From NCBI GenBank assembly GCA_900617105.1, contig UYFQ01000206.1:1-37756 (forward strand): DNA of 37,756 bases. Reading direction: 5' to 3'. Source of the stretch: Hydrurus foetidus. Taxonomy: Eukaryota. The notes below the pieces were generated by a model. That model was given only the letters and a program-made list of their open reading frames with translations, ran no database searches and had not been told where the DNA came from. Both the position numbers and the translations under genes were made by a program. Of this stretch, positions 29,506-37,756 are shown in pieces (the first letter of the stretch is position 1; every line of letters begins with the position of its first letter).

Positions 29506-32500
29506 ATGAGGAATATCTCAGCTATTTTAAGCGAAACTGGGCTTTCAAGGGAGGGTGTGTTACCCGTGCAAAATTTCTGTTTAGATGTTGAAGAACGTTG
29601 TAAGAACAATTCCTGCGATAAACATGAACCAGTACAACTACGGGCCATTCTGCAATCTGAACTCCTGAGTTGTGAGGATGCTTTCGACCTCTTCAAAGTC
29701 ATTTATACTTTAGAAATATTTCTAAACGCTTTCTGTCAAGGCAGATCATTTAAAGAAAGCAATTTAATCGATTGTATTCAATTGGAAATTGACAGCAGAG
29801 TATCAGAAACCCCAGTAGCACACAATGTTGATCCAATATACTTCGACTACGTTGCCACCCTAGACATTATTTATTCTTGGGCGGTCTTCTGCATTAATGT
29901 CGCAACAGTCAGGGAGGAAACTAGGATCAAATCATTTAGTATCTCGGAAGGAGAGCAATTGCGAATTGATAAAGATAGCGTGATAATAGGTGATATAGCT
30001 GTGTGCAGCTTACTTCGGAGCGTTCAGATATGTTTGGCATGTTACTACGACAATGTTGTCGTCATCGAGAACATGAGGAACAGCGACCATGACGGCTGCG
30101 GTGGGAATGATGATTCTGATGATGTTCTCAGACGAACAACAAGTTCAGGCACCGCTGACTATGCTGCACATCCTATCAGAGAAAGCGACTGTGATCATTC
30201 AACATCTACCATCAGCGAGAATCTCGGAATAATGGAAATCAGCACTGCAGACACTGGAAATGTAAACAAGAAAAAAAGCATGAGAAACTTCAAGACGAAG
30301 TTTGAGTCGAGTGAGGGACATGACATGGCAAAGCTGAGAAGAACGCTTCAGTCACTGCTCAGTTTCTGTATGGTGGTTCGAGGTAGTGGAGAGATGATTA
30401 GAATGTCAGTGGAGGAACTCCTATCCGATTCGGAACATGAGACTCTCATCTCTATTCGGCTCGCAACTGCACACACACAGACATTCAAACAGGATGCAGC
30501 TACTATTCCAATCTCTACATCCATATCTCCGTCATTTTTTATGAGTGACATTGTCAGTGATCTTAAGCTTGAAATTGGTTCTGGCAAAATAGATAGTGAA
30601 GAGAAAAAGAAGGCAAGGAGTGAGGACGAAAATGAAAATGACTTCAAATTCATCGCGATTTCTTCACAAGCTCAAAAAGTCGCTGGGCAAATAATTGAAT
30701 TTATAGAATATAGAATATCGCAATGTTCTCAGAAGAACATTCTTAGGAACGAGAAGAAAACAAAGAATGATCTTCGTGACATTTCTGTTGGTAAGGAACC
30801 AACAGCGGTCAGCGATGTGCTGCCCAAGAGTTGCTACGAGAATGAAGAGATTGTAACCATGACGGTCATTTCCCTGTGTCGCCTGTGGAGCACGTGGCGA
30901 GAAGGGGAATGGAATGACAGACTCTCGGTCCACGGTCTGCTCTCCTTCTTCAACCACATGGAATCCAAATTGAAATTGGAATTGAAGACATCAACAGGTG
31001 GGTTGGATATATCATCATATCATACATCTAATAATGTAGCATTTTATCATATTCGAATCATTGTTGTGTGATGATGTCATACAGGGAAATTATATAATAT
31101 TATGATATGATATGTGATGTGATGTTATTTGATATAACGTGGAATCACACATACATCTGAAAATTCCATTTTGCCGTGCACTGATCTGTATTGTATCGCA
31201 CTGTGGAAGACATGATGTAATAGTTCGTACAGTACCGTACTGCGATTCAATCAAGTATGCTTTTCCCCTCTCCTTGTTTCTCCTCCTGTCTTGCCGCACC
31301 CTCCCTTCTCCCCACCCCTCCATCTCTACTTCACATCCCTACCCCTTTCTCAGTTGATGTGCTCAACGAAGTATCGTCTTCCCACCTCCCGTTCACTTCT
31401 AGCTCCCTTGCAATTCAATTCCCTCCCTTCTCCTTGAATTCAGTATTCCTTTCAAGCGCCGCTGTGACAGCCTGCACTCCTCTTGGACTTCAAATGCTAG
31501 ACAGATACCAACAGAAAGACAAACTACTTGGTACGTACGCACGCATGCAAGATACAAGTGTGCAGATTTCGTACTTACTCACGTCATGTACAGCACTTCG
31601 TCTTCGCCACTGATTCGTGCAACAGTAGGGATTCATTTCATCATATTCAAACGGTGCAATGTAGTGGCACACTTTCGTCTGATGAATTTCTTCGTAATCT
31701 GAAACGTTTGATGAAATGTATCTCCCTCATGTGCTACTCACGTACGTACGCACGCACGTACGTACGTCCAATATCTTCCATGGTAATTAATTGATTCACT
31801 CATTCATTAATTCTATTATTTATGAATTCGTTAGTTCGTTCATTAACTTACTGATTGATTAACTGATTTGTTGATCTGTTGATCTGCTCGTTGCAGGTAT
31901 GTTACTGCTTCTGCACGTGGTTAGGAAGTCCCCAGGTGCGATGGTTGCATCTATGAGGTCAGGGAATAAAAAAGGGCTCTCTCTTTTGCTCTCTCCTCTT
32001 TCATACACTCTCTATGTCTCTTCCTGTCTCTCTATTTTTCTTTTTTTCTATTTCTTATCCACCCTCCTCCTCTCTCTCTCTCTCTCTCTGTCTCCTTTCT
32101 CTCTTTTTTCGTTCTATTTTTCCTTTTTTATCCACTCTCCTCATCTCTCTCCACATCTTCTCTCTCGCTCTCTCTGCCTCCCCTCGTGTTGAAGTGAGCC
32201 TCCAGCACTATTCTCTACTGAATATTTATAGCACTGTGCGAAATTTTCATGCTCGGTAATGATGCACCTTTTTTCAATTTTCAGTTCGTGGCTGCTACCA
32301 CTTTTGCTCCAGAAAATCAAGACGGTAACGTACAGTCCTGGTGCAATCGTACTTACGAATAGACTGGTACAGTCTGTCATCATACCGAGCATGGCATCTT
32401 CCACAGGTGTGTCCAAGAAGAGAGATGAGGGGGAGAGAAGGAAGATAGAAGTTGGGATAAGAATGAAGAGAGAAAATAAGATAAGATGTTCGGGACAAGA

Positions 32501-34984
32501 TGGACGAGGAATGATGAGATGCGATTTGACAAGATGAAAGAGGAATGACGAGATGAGATGCGATGCAACGAGAAGAAACAGAAGTGAGGGAAGAGAGAGA
32601 TAAGTTGGGAGAGGAGTGCCGAGATGAGAATGAGAAAATGTCACGAGGAAATTAGGGTTGACTAGGGCGTGTGTGAGGAGAGAGAAAAGTCAAGAGAGAT
32701 AGACAAGTGCACACAGACAGGGAGATAGATAGACAGACATACAATCAGACAGATGGATAGATAGATATACAGACAGATACACAGACAATCAGACAGATTG
32801 ACGTACAGACAGTGATGAGTGCTTCACCATACACTCCATTCTTGCCCCTAAAATCATCTCACATTTCTTACTTCAACTCGGTGCATAGGATTCTATTACT
32901 CGCACCTCTACCTTGAGGGAGTGGCGAAAGAGATTCTGGTGAGCTGCGATCCGTCCAAGGCAATGTCCGTCCTCCTGGCAGGTAGACCGATACTGATGGA
33001 AGCAGTACGATAGAGATATTGTGTGATAGGCACACTGCATCGCACTCTCCTCTAGATGATGTCATCTCATGCCGTGATGTGCAGCACAACAAGATGCTAC
33101 ATGATATTGTATGGTATCTCGTATCAGTTCATTTTACTTTTTGTATTTTTTTAAGATTGTTTTGTGGAGTGCTTCTTATGGTGAAGAAAGGAGAAAGGAT
33201 GGGGTGTCCAGGTTTACAGCACAGCATGATGTAGCATTTTATGAAACGATGTCATATGTAATCTCATCATGTGTGCAGCACAGTATGAGATAACATCATC
33301 TCGAGTAGAGTGCGGTGTAGTGTGTTGTAGCTCTCTATGGGCGTGTGAAGCATTATGGGGATGGAGATAGGCATGGGCATGGAGATGGAGACGGAGATGG
33401 GGATGGAGTTGCTGGTAGCCATTGAAGGCCTTTGACTTTCTTCCGTAACGCACAGCGCAGTACAGTTCCGTACAGTAGAGTACAGCTGTGTGACTTTGCA
33501 TTATGTTTGATACGCGATGCGAGCGTATAACCCTATTGTTCCATTACGTTATGTAGTGCTTGTGCGTAGCCCATTGACTCCGTGCACCTTCTCTTTCCAC
33601 CCATCAGCTGACTTGACTTGACAAGCACCATCGCCCCCCCCCCCTTCCGCCATGTCCATCTTTGTCTTTTCATCACCCTATTTATCTTTATTACTCCTTT
33701 TTCTTCTTGTTCTAGTGCGACCGTTCGTAAGGAACGTTCCTCGGGCTGTTCTGTGCTGTCAGCTATCCCGATTGATAGATGGGCTACTAGCGATGATCAA
33801 TAGATGGCACGTACCTTCTCAGGTCATTGTCGTAGTACTTACACTTCGACACGTATTCTCAGTTCTGTTCTGAATCGTCACGTACTGCACCTAGTCTCTC
33901 ACATGCTAACTTGCACATGCCAACCCTCACATGATTCCGTGATGTGCGGTCCTTCATGCATACTTCCTATTGCATTCCTCTCACATTCCCACGGTCATTC
34001 CTGTCTTATCTTTCCGATTTCCTCTTCGATTTCAATTTTTACTTTTTTCTGTTCCAGATTTAATTTTATTTTCATCTCTTGACAATTGCTGTCAAGTCCT
34101 TTAAGTCAATTTGGTGCATTATCGTGCGGGTTGCTCATTTGGAAGCAACACCCTGTAACTTATAATCCCCTTTATCTTCATCTTTCTTACGAACTTCCTC
34201 CTCTCTGTCTGTCATCATCTTTCCACACTCACACCACCCCTCTCCACTGTCCTCTCTTATCCCTCTCTACTTGTTCCCCTTCCCTTTTTCTCTCTCATGC
34301 TCTCTATTTCGAACAGATATTGTCGTTTCTTTTGATAGAAGATTGCTTCATTTTATGTCCCCAGGGTATGTTAAACTTCAACTTTAAATTGAATTCAATT
34401 GAATTGAATTGAATTGAATTTCATGAATAAAAGTTTCTAGTTTCTCTATCAGACTGTCCATAAGAGTTTTTAATTTTATGTCTGTGTATCTGCGTGTGTG
34501 TGCGTCTGTGTGTGTATCTGTCTGTGTGCATGTCTGTCTGTGTATCAGTCTGACTGTCTGGCTGGCTGTGTGTGTCTGCAAGCATGAGTGTGTGTATGTT
34601 TTTACTCTGTCTGTCTGTCTGAGTATCAGTCTGTCTGTCTGTCTGTCTGTCTGTGTGTCTGTCGGCATATTCATCTATCTATTTCTTACTTTAGCTGTCT
34701 GTATGTACGTATGTATGCTTTTGTGTCTGCCTAGCACTCTGTTTACTTTCATATAATGTTCGATGCCACCCCTTCCGCTATTTGCATGACGATGATTGAC
34801 AGTGTGTTGTGACTCACATGGCAAAGTCGCTGTTGAACTGCTGAGAGCTAGCTCTTTCCTCGATAGCGGTGTGGGGGATTTATCAGGTGAGACTCTCGTA
34901 CCAACATTTGATACTGTGATACCAGTTGCGATGTCGGAGAGTGAGATGATAGTGTTTATTTCAACCGACACACATAATCGCTGA
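29506..34984 (+). CDS. Multi-exon host gene, TTI2 (TELO2-interacting protein 2)-like. Proposed exons 29506-30997, 31354-31530, 31897-31957, 32285-32406, 32889-32981, 33716-33822, 34317-34365, 34803-34984
   Basis: All introns GT-AG with pyrimidine-rich acceptors, and phases join without stops. Spliced PLGLQMLDRYQQKDKLLGMLLLLHVVRKSP resembles, from memory, the TTI2 block P..L...DDY....K.LG...L.H. Confidence 0.6.
32690..32812. repeat. Intronic (GACA/GATA)n degenerate microsatellite
   Basis: Read directly. Confidence 0.8.
34386..34665. repeat. Intronic (AATTG)n and (TGTC/TG)n microsatellites
   Basis: Read directly. Confidence 0.85.
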
Positions 34985-35698
34985 TAAAAATAAAGTGGGT
35001 CACACGACATTTTGCATGTTGTGCTTTCTGTTGGTCTAATGTTTTCTTCGAATAACATCATTGCTATTATTGTCATTATTATCATTATTATCAGTATCTC
35101 TATTTTTATCATTATCATCACAGCATGAATTTCGCCACTTTTTTAATTTTTGATTTTGACATTGTCATCATTTTCTTCAAAATTATTATGATCATTATTT
35201 AATTAGGAGGCTCTGAGAAAAACAAATTGACAGACAGGGAAATATTGCGGAACATTCTTTGCCGCGTAGAAAAGTTGCTTAGAAAAGTGAACAATAATTT
35301 ATTCGACGAAATATTTGAAATATATGGCGAGGTAAATCAATAAATCAAATAAATTGGACTACAGTCCAGTGCGTAGTAAAGTGTTCTACGGATTTACAAA
35401 AACAGACATACGTAAGGACATTCAAAAAAGCTCTGCAGTTGCTGAGAAGACTGTGTGCCGGAAAAGTGAGGGACAGAAATGCATGCGAGGGCGGGTTGTG
35501 TGACCCACCAGAAAGACCACACGATCAGTAACTGACAGCAGCATCTCAGAATTCAAACCACCGTGACATGTCTACTATTATTTATAATGACCCCACAGAT
35601 GAGCCATCCGTGACAAAAGAGAACCGACAGAAAATAAAGTTGACTAAGCTAGGAAATAAATCAGACTAGGAAATTGTGAAATTTTCAGAAACAATTCT

Positions 35699-37632
35699 TC
35701 ACCTCACGGAAAGTTTCAGTCCGGTGAGAGTCTCGAGATGAATCCTGGATTCTTGTACAGGACTGAGTCCAGAGTTTGCCGCATCGCGGCTGAAGTCGCT
35801 CTCGGTGTCGTCGAGGGACTGGTCGGACGCACCAGTGTGTGCAGCTTCATCTCCATCTTCATCTCCCCTCACCAATCCTATGAAGTACTGAACGTAATAC
35901 TCCTCGTCCGCAGATAACCTTATGTCAATGTTCCTGGTACCATCTGCGTTGTCCCCCACGTCCTCGCCCAAGAAAGCAAGCCAATACGCTCCATGCTCTG
36001 CATTTGCCATAATAGTTCGACAGCCCTCAGCGTAGTGGCCATCTCTCTTCTCTTCACTCAAATTGTTCATTTTGAGCTCTTCATCACTGATCGTGTTCTC
36101 GTCGCGAAATTCCTCCACGAAATAATCGATGTACATCCTGCCAAACTTAGCGAGGTAGCACTCGATGAGTATGTCATAAGAGGATACGGCATCGCCCCAG
36201 GGCACTCGGTGCAAATAAAACTCGCCAGATAGAACAGAACGACCTGCAAATAATTAGGAAGTTAAAATGAGATGAAAGAGCACAACAGTTCTTGTATCGA
36301 GCATATCAGGAAGAGTGACTTTATGCAACACACAGCTCTGTAGTCATAGGTTGAATTGTGTTTTTTCTGCGTTTAACCACTTCAAGGAAATGAATGGAGT
36401 GTATCCTGCGAACCTGTTTTGTCCAACATAGCTTCTACGAGATCCGAGAAGAGAGCTGTCACTGCCAGAGCCACCTCTCTCTCATTGTTCTCCTGACACT
36501 TCCGCTTATAGTAAGCCTTGTACTTGGAAAAATGGTCGCTCATGCGATATCTCATGAACTGCAGCTTCACGCTACCGAGGACCATACATTTAGTGAACAC
36601 ATGACCGGAGGATACCGCGAGGTACAAAGAATGCATGCTGACCTGCATGCCAATCAGAAGCAACACGTATGACGCGTAATAGGTGCAATTTCCATATAAG
36701 AAATACCAAGCAACGTACAAAAGAAATACATAGCTGCACCATGATTCGAGCAAGATTAAAGTTTTTAAATGTTTGACGCATTTAAAATTTCCAGCCATCT
36801 CGCACCACTTTGGCGTTCCTATAGTCGCCATAGTGAGAATCGAGCCGATAAATATCGGCAGAGACGATTGTATCAACATGATCAAGAGAAATATGCTGCG
36901 CCTCCATGTGTATTGTGTTAATTCAGCAGGCGTATATCTTCCATGGAAGTAGTCGTTGTGTCTGTAGAAATAGTAATAGGGATAGTAGTAAAAGAATTCA
37001 AAAATAAAACCCAGTGACTGATACAGGGCAGCCTCGTGGGTAAAGATAGAACTTGAGGAAGATGCGTATCTAAATTCATCACTTGAGATTATCCTTGCGA
37101 TCAGACCAAACCACCGAGACCCAAAGTAAGAAGAAATGGCTTCTTTGGAAAAATTGATATTGATCCTACTCATATTGTAGAAGAAAGAGAAGATGTACGT
37201 CGATATAAACCACAAGAATAGAACCTTCAACAACAGCGGAACCACCAGGCTCCTATCCACGATGTTGAATAAGGACGCTAGACCCAGAATGAATGTCGTA
37301 AAATTCATCACTGCCAGGCACAGCACTCTGCGTCTAGTTACAAAGCTCTCAAAGAACTTATTCGATTGAAACCAGTGCCAATACGCCATACTTTTCATCC
37401 TAGCATCCACACCATTTCTCCTGAGAGAAGCAGTTGTCGGAAAAGCCGTAGAGGAAAGAGCTCTGTACCTTTCGTACACGATCAGTAGAACGCAAAAGAG
37501 AATCATGAGGAAACCAATACGATCAAATATATGCGGCTTCAGGATCTTGGAGTCGGCAATTTCAACAATTTTCACCAACATGATATCGCTCATAACTTCT
37601 CTCGTGGACGTGGTGACCAACTCCACGGGCAT
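35699..37632 (-). CDS. Two-exon multi-pass membrane protein of unknown function (exons 37632-36414 and 36243-35699)
   Basis: ORF 36382-37632 has about 6-8 hydrophobic segments. A phase-1 GT..TTTGCAG intron (36413-36244) joins it in frame (DKTG-RSVLSGEFYLHRVPW) to acidic ORF 35699-36214. Confidence 0.7.
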
Positions 37633-37756
37633 GTCACTTCTGAAATTGCGACTTCTACTATGCTCCTGTCGGTAACAATAGTCAATTCCCTCATGATCAC
37701 CGCGTCAACAGACTCTCCTTTCCATCTCCGGCTCCAGTATCAGTCGCCAGTTTTTC

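Noticed and set aside
31000..35150. Numerous short low-complexity ORFs on both strands
   Set aside because: Mostly translations of intronic microsatellites; only the phase-compatible exon segments were retained.

Overview
Eukaryotic genomic window, probably a stramenopile or other protist (inferred from GT-AG introns full of microsatellites and from the retroelement types). About two-thirds is nested transposable elements, separated by four host genes. Left to right: (i) a degenerate Ty3/Gypsy element (1-5457, minus) inserted in the gag of a second Gypsy (5458-7782); (ii) three small non-autonomous TIR elements, one nested in another (8118-9809); (iii) a young full-length Ty1/Copia element (9914-15504; 330-bp LTRs, CACCT TSD) with a 230-bp internal inversion; (iv) a hinderin/KIAA1328-like coiled-coil gene and a small minus-strand gene; (v) a PIF/Harbinger-ISL2EU-type DNA transposon with 220-bp TIRs (19149-29275) whose second gene is an EXO1/XPG-family nuclease with SAP-like and SWIM motifs, and whose transposase is split by a third, gag-less chromovirus-type Gypsy (21731-27317); (vi) an 8-exon TTI2-like gene and a 2-exon membrane-protein gene. 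The most striking observation is that none of the four LTR elements has a canonical tRNA primer-binding site. All three Gypsy elements carry a perfect 12-bp palindrome, of three different sequences, in exactly the same register at the PBS position. The Copia PBS position is instead complementary to a 10-mer inside its own LTR. Both patterns suggest tRNA-independent priming (inference).
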